Shown in pieces: positions 18,134 through 25,731 of a stretch of 46,328 nucleotides of DNA. The stretch comes from Candidatus Krumholzibacteriales bacterium. GTDB taxonomy: Bacteria; Krumholzibacteriota; Krumholzibacteriia; Krumholzibacteriales; WJIX01. Numbering within the stretch: the stretch's first letter is position 1; every line of letters starts with the position of its first letter. The stretch lies in NCBI GenBank assembly GCA_046483305.1, contig JAWODM010000023.1, positions 1 through 46,328 of the forward strand, in the 5' to 3' direction. The notes beneath the pieces were generated by a model, which searched no databases, had not been told where the DNA came from, and saw only the letters and a program-made list of their open reading frames with translations. The translations under genes were made by a program, and so were the position numbers.

Positions 18134-19410
18134 CCTCTCTCCTCAAAAGCCTTCTCAATCCCCTCTTTTATTACCTCTGCCATAATCCTGCTGTTACCGA
18201 CAGTAATATCCAGGCCGGCCAGCTCTTCCGGGTAATCGCGGACCGCTTTCTCCAGGAAATCCCGGGCGCCCGGAAGATCCGTCCCCACCATCCTCCCGTG
18301 AACCGGCACCATCCGGCGTCCGCCGCGGTGCCTGTCCAGAAGGCATTTCACCAGGCCCCTGATAAAAGTGTCGCATGAAGAAACTCCTCCGAACCTTGAG
18401 GTTATGATCAGATCGACCAGTTCGTAATCCATCAGCAGGTGAAACATTTCCGCCACCTGCTCCCTGGAGGGGCCGCCGCCTGAATCCATGAAATTAACCG
18501 GTACCACCCGGCCGTCGAAGAACCTTTCCCCTATATTGGCAACCTCATCTATGGAAAAAATTCCATAGCCGGCTCCTCCCGGGACTATTCCTACGTACAG
18601 TTTCTCCGGGTCTCTGGCATGCCCCTCATCCAGAAGGTCAACGTACGGGAATCCGGCCTTCCAGGCCCTTACCTCATTCCTGGTCGGCTCCGAGACATCG
18701 TGTCTTACCTCATCTATTCCGAGCATTTCGAAGAGCCGGCGCTGGCGGAACAGAGCGTTGTCATCCAGCACGATCTTCGCGTCTGCCGCGACGGGCCCGG
18801 CCGGGGTGAGTATCAGGGGGTTGATCTCGGCAACCCTGCAGTCGTATTTCTGGTAAATCCCGTAGAGATTTTCGATAGCATCCCTGATGGAATTGTGATG
18901 TTCCTCTTCCGCATCCATCCTCTCAATCAGGAATTCAGTAAGCCTCATCGAGGCGCCTTCGGGGAGTTTTTCCTCATTATCACGAAGCTCTATTCTCATT
19001 ATGGCAGCGGGGTCCTCCGCGGCCACCTTCTCTATATTCACTCCTCCCGCCGGGCTGACCATCACAATATTATTGTAGGTAGCCGGGTTCATGATCACAC
19101 CGGCATAAGCTGCATCCACCTGCTCCACCGCCTCCTCTACCATCAACATCTCCACCATATAACCCCTGATCTCATTTCCCAGCATCCGGCCGGCCAGTTT
19201 GACCGCTTCATCCAGTGTCTCAGCCCTTTTTATTCCGCCCGCCTTCCCCCTTCCGCCGGTAAGCACCAGGCTTTTCAGCATAACCGGGAAATCGCCCTCT
19301 GCAAGCAAATCTTCCAGCTGATCGCTGCTGCATATCAGCCCCAGCTGGCGGGGCACCCTGATCCCTTCTTCGCTGAAAACCTTCTTTGCTTCGTTTTCAT
19401 ATAATCTCAT
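18130..19410 (-). CDS. SucC-like ATP-grasp CoA-ligase beta subunit (partner of the fusion protein)
   Basis: MRLYENEAK, GGRGKAGGI, GGVNIE, EINPL, DAKIVLDDNALFRQ; divergent C-terminal ligase domain (VPGGAG, NFMDSGGG, RFGGVSSCD, RMVGTD). Confidence 0.88.
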   Translation of the reverse strand: MRLYENEAKKVFSEEGIRVPRQLGLICSSDQLEDLLAEGDFPVMLKSLVLTGGRGKAGGIKRAETLDEAVKLAGRMLGNEIRGYMVEMLMVEEAVEQVDAAYAGVIMNPATYNNIVMVSPAGGVNIEKVAAEDPAAIMRIELRDNEEKLPEGASMRLTEFLIERMDAEEEHHNSIRDAIENLYGIYQKYDCRVAEINPLILTPAGPVAADAKIVLDDNALFRQRRLFEMLGIDEVRHDVSEPTRNEVRAWKAGFPYVDLLDEGHARDPEKLYVGIVPGGAGYGIFSIDEVANIGERFFDGRVVPVNFMDSGGGPSREQVAEMFHLLMDYELVDLIITSRFGGVSSCDTFIRGLVKCLLDRHRGGRRMVPVHGRMVGTDLPGARDFLEKAVRDYPEELAGLDITVGNSRIMAEVIKEGIEKAFEERG

Positions 19411-19557
19411 CTTTTCACCTCTGGCTCCTTATTCAACCGAAGGGTCGGAAGGCATCCGGTTAAACCTGCCTGCAACACTCAATTCATCAAGAAACAGGGC
19501 CGCTTATCAAGCCGGTTACTTCCCGCCCCCCGGACTGCGCTCTCCTGCCCCTTTCCG

Positions 19558-20148
19558 CTACACCTCGGGTATTTCGCTTATCAGCATATTATTGCTCTTC
19601 ATCCTGAGGGGATTGAAGGTTGCGAAATCAGCCTGGTGAACAAATACAGTCTCAACCTCCTGAGGCCTCCCGTCACCCTCTTTTGAGTGGCAGGCGATAA
19701 TATTCAGAATATCCTCCGCAACCCCGCATTCGGCGGCTATTACCGCTCCCGATATGGGGTGCCTGAGGTGCATCCCGGCAAGGCTCTTCCTGTAACCGCC
19801 CCTTCCGTCGGATTCGATCTCCATCAGTTTTCCGACATCATGCAGCAGTCCGCCCGCGTAAAGCCTGTCGTAATCAATCGCGTAGGGCAGGTGTGAATAA
19901 TTATCCTCCTGCACCCTTGCCAGGGCGACTGCGCCTTCGGTGACCGCAATGGTATGCTCAATAAAATTAATCCCTTCGGTCGGCACCAGGAGTGTGTATG
20001 GCATATTCAGGAGGTCCTCGACCCTTTCCCAGTTGCCCAATTTGCAGCCGAGAACCCAGGTATCAATTACTTTCCCGCGCAGTTCTTCATCCCGGATCTT
20101 CTCCAGCTGGTTCTTGAAAAGACCGTTTATATCTTCAGCGCTGATCAT
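19558..20148 (-). CDS. HD-domain (HDIG-type) metal-dependent phosphohydrolase
   Basis: FIEHT...LLHDVGK...LRHPISG...IIACH...HQAD pattern. Confidence 0.85.
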   Translation of the reverse strand: MISAEDINGLFKNQLEKIRDEELRGKVIDTWVLGCKLGNWERVEDLLNMPYTLLVPTEGINFIEHTIAVTEGAVALARVQEDNYSHLPYAIDYDRLYAGGLLHDVGKLMEIESDGRGGYRKSLAGMHLRHPISGAVIAAECGVAEDILNIIACHSKEGDGRPQEVETVFVHQADFATFNPLRMKSNNMLISEIPEV

Positions 20149-20197
20149 GGCATTCTCCCTTTTTCGCTACCGGTTGACAGAATAATTTACAGATTTG

Positions 20198-20226
20198 AGA
20201 ATAGTAACAATCGGGAGTAAAATCAA
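20198..20226 (-). promoter_or_regulatory. Putative sigma70 promoter of the HD/CoA-ligase/lyase unit
   Basis: Minus-strand TTGATT-N17-TATTCT in an AT-rich divergent intergenic region. Confidence 0.45.
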
Positions 20227-20395
20227 GGCAAGTGTCAAAAAAGAAAAAAAGGGTTTTGCCGGGGACGCTGTTCTGCCGAATCAGCCGGAACAAGGGCTCC
20301 CCCTGCGGCCTGGAGGTTCGGGGAAACCCCGGCCGGCTGATTGAGGCTCGCCGGTCCGCGTCGGGGTCTTCCTAACGGCCAAGCTTTTTATATCC

Positions 20396-20424
20396 TTGAC
20401 AGTTACATCTGTCTGTAGCACCAT
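20396..20424 (+). promoter_or_regulatory. Putative promoter of the ADP-forming acyl-CoA synthetase genes
   Basis: Perfect TTGACA, 17-nt spacer and weak -10 (CACCAT); AGGAGG RBS just before the TTG start. Confidence 0.35.
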
Positions 20425-20451
20425 AAGGGGCAGTATTCCAAGGAGGATAGT

Positions 20452-21819
20452 TTGGATTTCAGAACACTTTTCGAACCTGAAACCATGGCGGTAGTGGGCG
20501 TATCTCTCAAGAACGACCGTCATCCCGCCAACGTTATCTACAATAAGAACAACCTCAGATACCCGGTAAAGGTTTACGGAGTTAATCCGCGCGGGGGAAC
20601 TTACTACAAGGATAAGATCTATAGAAGTCTTTCCGAAATACCGGAAAAGATCGACCTGGTAATTGTGGCTGTCAAGGCCGAGCATGTGCCGGGGGTTCTC
20701 AGAGAATGCGTCGACTGCTGGGTGGGGGGCGCCGCCGTAATCTCCGGAGGATTTGCCGAAACCGGCAACAGCAGACTCAGGGATGAGTTCCTGGAGATAG
20801 CCGGGAAAGCGGATTTTCCGATAATCGGCCCCAACTGCCTGGGTATATACTCCCCCACCGCGGTGGATTCCTTTTTCCTCCCCAGCGAGAGAATGGTCAG
20901 GCCTGAAAAGGGGAATGTAGCAATAGTAAGCCAGAGCGGCGGAATACTGGTGGACCAGATGGTTAAGTTCACCGGCCAGGGAGTGGGCCTGTCCCGGGCT
21001 ATCAGTATCGGCAACAAGGCGGTGGTGAACGAGCTTGACCTGATTCAGTTCTTTGCCAGAGACGATATGACTCATGTGATCTCCTTCTATATAGAGGGGT
21101 TCGGGCCGGGCGAAGGGCGAGAATTCATTAAAGCAGCCGCCAAGTGCCCCAAACCGGTAATAACCATGAAAGCGGGAAAGAGCTCAGCCGGAACCAGGGC
21201 GGTATCCAGCCACACAGCTTCCCTGGCGGGTGATTACAAGGTATTTTCATCAGTAATGAAGCAGTACGGACTGGTGGAAGCCAGAAATGAACATGAAATG
21301 ATTTCGTTCTGTGAATCTCTGAGCTGCTATACCAGGACGATAGGGGGAAATATCGGAATAGTGACCGCAAGCGGCGGGCATGGAGCGGTAGCGGTGGACA
21401 CCTGTGAGCAATCGGTGCTTTCTGTTCCAACCCTTTCAGAGAATCTTCAGAAGGAGATAAGGGGAAAATTAACCCCCGGGATAAGAGGGATAGCTTCTCT
21501 CGGCAACCCTCTTGACCTCACCGGAAGCGCCAGGGACGACGACTTCGTGGTGGCGGCTTCCCACCTGAGCGGCTGCGATGAAATAGACTGTGTCCTGGTT
21601 CTGCTTCTGCCATATCTTCCGGAGATTACCTCCGATGTGGGAGCGAGGCTGAGCCAGCTTTATCATGAGGAGGGCAAACCGATAATCGCTTACGTTCCGC
21701 ACGTGGAAAAATACAGGATGATAATAGAGGGATTTCAGCTGAATAACGTTCCGGTCGCCCATTCCATAGATGGGGCCGTGCTGATGGCAGAAGCTATGAA
21801 AAGGTGCACTCCATGGTAG
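20452..21819 (+). CDS. acdA: Acetate/acyl-CoA ligase (ADP-forming) alpha subunit
   Basis: CoA-binding domain, ISGGFAE, IIGPNCLG, SQSGG, SIGNKA, phospho-His motif SSHTASLAG and GNPLDLTG. Confidence 0.88.
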   Translation: MDFRTLFEPETMAVVGVSLKNDRHPANVIYNKNNLRYPVKVYGVNPRGGTYYKDKIYRSLSEIPEKIDLVIVAVKAEHVPGVLRECVDCWVGGAAVISGGFAETGNSRLRDEFLEIAGKADFPIIGPNCLGIYSPTAVDSFFLPSERMVRPEKGNVAIVSQSGGILVDQMVKFTGQGVGLSRAISIGNKAVVNELDLIQFFARDDMTHVISFYIEGFGPGEGREFIKAAAKCPKPVITMKAGKSSAGTRAVSSHTASLAGDYKVFSSVMKQYGLVEARNEHEMISFCESLSCYTRTIGGNIGIVTASGGHGAVAVDTCEQSVLSVPTLSENLQKEIRGKLTPGIRGIASLGNPLDLTGSARDDDFVVAASHLSGCDEIDCVLVLLLPYLPEITSDVGARLSQLYHEEGKPIIAYVPHVEKYRMIIEGFQLNNVPVAHSIDGAVLMAEAMKRCTPW

Positions 21820-22487
21820 ATAAACAGATCGGAAAGATAATTGAGGATTTCCGGGAAGCCGGATGGGTAATGGAACCGGAAGCCAAGCGTATCTTCAGCA
21901 TCGCCGGACTCGAAGTTCCCCGGTACACCCTGGCTGAAACTTCCGCCGATGCGGTCTCATTCGCCGGGCAGATAGGATTTCCGGTGGTAGCCAAGGTAGT
22001 CTCTCCGGAGGTCATTCACAAAACCGATGTATCGGGAGTGGAAGTGGGGATTGAAACTCCTGAAAAACTCGAGGAGGTGTTCGCCAGATTCAGCGGAATA
22101 AAGGGTTTTAGAGGAATGCTGGTAGAGCAGATGCTTGAGGGCACCGAAATGATAGTGGGGGCGAAAACCGATTCGCAGTTCGGGCCGGTCATTCTTCTCG
22201 GGATAGGAGGGGTTGGAGTCGAAATATACAAGGACAGCTCAATAAGGATGGCGCCGCTCGGGGAAAACGACGTTAAATCCATGGTCTCGGAACTCAAGGC
22301 CAGGCAGCTGCTCGAGGGATTCCGGGGAAGCGAGCCGGTAAATATGGAAAAACTTGCCGGCCTGGTTATCAGATTCTCCGAACTGGCCGTCCAGCTGCGG
22401 GAAAAGTTCGAGTCGATAGACCTCAACCCGGTAATCTGCACCTCAAGAGACTGCGTGATTGCCGATGCCAGGATCATACTCAAATAA
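21813..22487 (+). CDS. acdB: Acetate/acyl-CoA ligase (ADP-forming) beta subunit (ATP-grasp)
   Basis: GFPVVAKVVSPEVIHKTDV, QFGPVILLGIGG, IDLNP and ADARI. ATG at 21813 overlaps the acdA end (alternative GTG at 21804). Confidence 0.88.
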   Translation: MVDKQIGKIIEDFREAGWVMEPEAKRIFSIAGLEVPRYTLAETSADAVSFAGQIGFPVVAKVVSPEVIHKTDVSGVEVGIETPEKLEEVFARFSGIKGFRGMLVEQMLEGTEMIVGAKTDSQFGPVILLGIGGVGVEIYKDSSIRMAPLGENDVKSMVSELKARQLLEGFRGSEPVNMEKLAGLVIRFSELAVQLREKFESIDLNPVICTSRDCVIADARIILK

Positions 22488-22540
22488 TCAGAGAGTCACA
22501 GGCTCCGGAAAAGGCCGGAGCGCAGAGCGAAAGGACAGGG

Positions 22541-23203
22541 ATGTTCAATTACCTGAGAAAACCGTCAGTAACATTAATAGTATTGGTATTCATTGCGGCT
22601 GCCGCATCAGGGGCCGGTACCGGGGAAAAGATATCGCTGGGAGCTAAAACGATAGCGCCTCCCTCGCCGGTATGGGTGATAGGATCGTACGACGCCGGGG
22701 GAAAACCGAATATGATGACAGCCTCCTGGGTCGGAGTCTGCTGCTCAGACCCTCCCTGTGTTACGGTATCTCTGAGAGAGGCTACCTATACTTACGGCAA
22801 TATTAAGCACAGCGGCGCATACACTGTGAACATACCCTCTGAAGAACTCGCCCCGGTGGCGGCGTTCACCGGCAGAGTCTCCGGAAGGGACAGAGACAAA
22901 TTCGACGCGACCGGGCTCACTCCGGTCCGGAGCGAACTGGTCGACGCCCCTCTGGTCAAGGAGTTTCCCCTGACCTTGGAGTGCAAGGTCATAAAGACAA
23001 TCGAGCTGGGCCTTCACACCATGTTCATCGGTGAAATTATGGACGTAAAAGCGGACAGCTCCATTCTGAACGGAAAGGGGACCCCTGATCCCTCAAAACT
23101 GAATAGTTTTATCTACAGCGTGGGCGGGTGGGGATTCTACCGGGTGGGAGAACATATCGGTTCGGTGGGCAACCTTGCCCGGGAGATCGAGTCCGGAGAA
23201 TAA
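22541..23203 (+). CDS. Flavoredoxin-like flavin reductase with an N-terminal signal-peptide-like extension
   Basis: SLGAKT-PSPVWVIGSYD, PNMMTASW, YTVNIP, SGRDRDK and EFPLTLECK...HTMFIGEI, preceded by about 28 aa of basic then hydrophobic leader. Confidence 0.85.
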   Translation: MFNYLRKPSVTLIVLVFIAAAASGAGTGEKISLGAKTIAPPSPVWVIGSYDAGGKPNMMTASWVGVCCSDPPCVTVSLREATYTYGNIKHSGAYTVNIPSEELAPVAAFTGRVSGRDRDKFDATGLTPVRSELVDAPLVKEFPLTLECKVIKTIELGLHTMFIGEIMDVKADSSILNGKGTPDPSKLNSFIYSVGGWGFYRVGEHIGSVGNLAREIESGE

Positions 23204-23254
23204 CCGGTATCGCTCTTGCCTATCACCAGGGGCGGGTTCCCGGCCTTTCCGGAA

Positions 23255-24082
23255 TTATTGATTGTCAGCGGGAAGCAGCTCAATCTCAAAGAGTTCCGGC
23301 CAGTTCTTTCCGGTGACGAATATACGCCCGGTTTCCGCATCATAGGCGATCCCGTTCAATACTCCCGCTCCGGGTGCGGGAACACATCCTTCGCGGATAC
23401 CGTTGAGATTGATTCTGCCGGTCACTCTTCCGGTGAGAGGATCTATTATCATGATGTTATGGCTTCGGTAAACATTTGCGAACAACTTCCCCTCTATATA
23501 CTCCAACTCGTTCAGGTCATCTATCGAGACGCTGTCCTGACAGACATTGACCCTGCCGGTTTCCCGGAAAGTCGCCGGTGAGAGAAAGTAGATGGTATCG
23601 GAACCGTCGCTCATTATCAGTTCGCTTCCGTCGTCGGTAAGCCCCCACGGATAATAAGGGTAGGTGAACTCGCCGATAGAATCCATCTGCCCTGTTCCAT
23701 AGATAAATCCCCTTCCTGACGTCCAGGTCAGCTGAAAGATGCTGTCCCCCAGTATGGTTATCCCTTCGCCGAAGTGCTCGGAGGCAAGGTCGTGACGCTG
23801 AATTACCTCGCCGGTTTCGAGCTCCACCTTCCTCAGCGAGGATTCTCCGTGAAGCCCGGTCCCCTCGTAGAGATAGCCGTTTTCGTAGACCAGGCCCTGG
23901 GTGTAGGCGTCCAGAGCATGATTGTAAATGTTGACTATACGGTAAGTATACAGCTGCAATTCAGCGGTGCTGTCACCGGCCTCCGGAGATGCGGTTCGCT
24001 CTCTGTCTTGCCCGCAGCAGATAAGCAGAAGGGCCGACAGGGCAACCAGCAGCGGACCATTTATAGATACTGATCTGTTCAT
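23255..24082 (-). CDS. Glutaminyl-peptide cyclotransferase (plant/bacterial beta-propeller type), probable lipoprotein
   Basis: YTQGL, EGTG, FGEGIT, QLTW, WGLT, MSDGS, LNELE and VLNGIA, VTGKNW. Start placed at ATG 24082 (leader ending LLICC) rather than GTG 24130. Confidence 0.9.
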   Translation of the reverse strand: MNRSVSINGPLLVALSALLLICCGQDRERTASPEAGDSTAELQLYTYRIVNIYNHALDAYTQGLVYENGYLYEGTGLHGESSLRKVELETGEVIQRHDLASEHFGEGITILGDSIFQLTWTSGRGFIYGTGQMDSIGEFTYPYYPWGLTDDGSELIMSDGSDTIYFLSPATFRETGRVNVCQDSVSIDDLNELEYIEGKLFANVYRSHNIMIIDPLTGRVTGRINLNGIREGCVPAPGAGVLNGIAYDAETGRIFVTGKNWPELFEIELLPADNQ

Positions 24083-24148
24083 CGCCTGAATCCGTGGTGA
24101 GCCGGGCCGCAGAATCCGCCCGCTGAACACCGTCAGTTCCGGGCTACA

Positions 24149-24697
24149 CTAATCATTATCCCGGATTCCCTTGAGTATCTCCCTCTTGCGCCGCTCCCGG
24201 TCTCTGCCGGTAACATAGATCCCCTCTTCCAGGGCCTTCTGCTCGTAACTTTCCAATGACTTTATCACCTCCGCGGGCACTCCCCCCACCACCGATCTTC
24301 CCGGCACGTCCTTTGTCACCACGCTGCCGGCGGCGATAATCACATCGTCGCCAACCTTCACTCCCGGCATTATCTGGCTCCGGTACCCTATGAAGACATT
24401 GCTCCCTATTACCACCCTTTTATAAATATTCAGGCCGGGATACTTATCCCTCAATACCCAGGCGCCCCCGTCGTGAGTATGAAATACCACCCCTTCGGTA
24501 ATGGTAACGTTATCCCCCACTCTGATCAGCCACGGCTCGCTCCCGGGGTGGATAATCCCGGTGATCCTGACATTCTCCCCGAACTGAATGCCGTAATACC
24601 TGGAATAAAGAGACGCTCTGTTCATGGGCCCGGCGGCCCGGATTCTGAACCTTATATAGAGCTTCCTGAACAGCCGGATTATCCTGCCAGCACTCAT
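24149..24697 (-). CDS. Hexapeptide-repeat (left-handed beta-helix) O-acyltransferase
   Basis: [28 protein letters not shown] and [11 protein letters not shown]...GGVPA. Confidence 0.88.
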   Translation of the reverse strand: MSAGRIIRLFRKLYIRFRIRAAGPMNRASLYSRYYGIQFGENVRITGIIHPGSEPWLIRVGDNVTITEGVVFHTHDGGAWVLRDKYPGLNIYKRVVIGSNVFIGYRSQIMPGVKVGDDVIIAAGSVVTKDVPGRSVVGGVPAEVIKSLESYEQKALEEGIYVTGRDRERRKREILKGIRDND

Positions 24698-24769
24698 AAA
24701 GGGTTTCCACCTGAGCCCCGGTAACCGACGCCGGGGCAGTTATTGTGTTAAGTTCTGTTATTAAAAAGA

Positions 24770-24798
24770 TTTTTACTCTTATACCAGCCCTTTGTCAA
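24770..24798 (-). promoter_or_regulatory. Putative promoter of acyltransferase / glutaminyl cyclase genes
   Basis: Minus-strand TTGACA-N17-TAAAAA. Confidence 0.4.
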
Positions 24799-24934
24799 GC
24801 TCGCATAGCGGCGGGGCCGGCAGAACACGCCAGCCGCAAAGGGGTTTATTTAAATCCTGTCCTGTTGTATAATGCCCCGGAGCAGGTAAATCTGATAATA
24901 GAATCCGGCTGGCGCCGGGAAGGAGGAACAGAAA

Positions 24935-25693
24935 ATGAATATAGATCTCAGCGGAGAAGTGGCTCTGGTGACAGGCTCCAGCAGGGGCATAGGCAGGGCT
25001 ATCGCGGAGGGTCTGGGTAAAGCTGGAGCGACGGTGGCTGTTCACTGCAGAAAAAGTTCAGCCAGAGCGGAGGAACTTTCAAGAAAGCTGGGTAACAATT
25101 CCTCGGTTTTCATGGCGGACCTGGAGGACCGGGACCAGGCCCTTCGCCTGTTCGGGGAGGTTCTGGAGAGATACGGAAAAGTGAATCTGCTGGTGAACAA
25201 CGCGGGGATTTTCGAGCATGCCCCGGTGGAAAAGGATCCCGCCGGGTGGGCCAGAGACTGGGACAGGACTATTGCAGTTAATCTCACCAGCGCCGGGATT
25301 CTCTGCAGGGAAGCGATAAATCACTTCATCGGTTCAGGAGGGGGTAGAATAATAAATATCGCCTCCCGCGCCGCCTTCAGGGGAGAGACCAGGGATCATC
25401 TTCACTACGCCGCCAGCAAGGGCGGGATTGTCTCTCTCAGCCGTTCCATAGCCCGCTCCTTCGGAGTCCATAATATCAAATCGTTTGCCATAGCCCCCGG
25501 TTTTGTAAGGACCGAAATGATCGATGACCACCTCGGGGAAAAGGGAGAGGATGATATCCTCAATGAGCTTTCTCTTTCCAGGCTGACCGAACCGGAAGAT
25601 ATTTCCCCGGTAACGGTACTTATAGCCAGCGGCAGGATGGACCACGCCACAGGAACCACCATTGATATCAACGGGGGAAGCTATATGCACTAA
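24935..25693 (+). CDS. Short-chain dehydrogenase/reductase
   Basis: TGSSRGIG, VNNAGI, catalytic YAASK and IAPG. Confidence 0.92.
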   Translation: MNIDLSGEVALVTGSSRGIGRAIAEGLGKAGATVAVHCRKSSARAEELSRKLGNNSSVFMADLEDRDQALRLFGEVLERYGKVNLLVNNAGIFEHAPVEKDPAGWARDWDRTIAVNLTSAGILCREAINHFIGSGGGRIINIASRAAFRGETRDHLHYAASKGGIVSLSRSIARSFGVHNIKSFAIAPGFVRTEMIDDHLGEKGEDDILNELSLSRLTEPEDISPVTVLIASGRMDHATGTTIDINGGSYMH

Positions 25694-25731
25694 TAGAGAG
25701 ATGCAAGCCGGAGGATCCGGAGCGGGCGGGG

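Noticed and set aside
15980..19410. Autotrophic reverse TCA cycle
   Set aside because: The enzyme is non-canonical and no other reverse-TCA genes are in the window; neighbouring genes fit a fermentative heterotroph equally well.
21804..21819. Possible frameshift splitting a fused acd gene
   Set aside because: Both halves are full-length, acdB has its own start with an SD-like AAGGTG, and split alpha/beta forms are well known.
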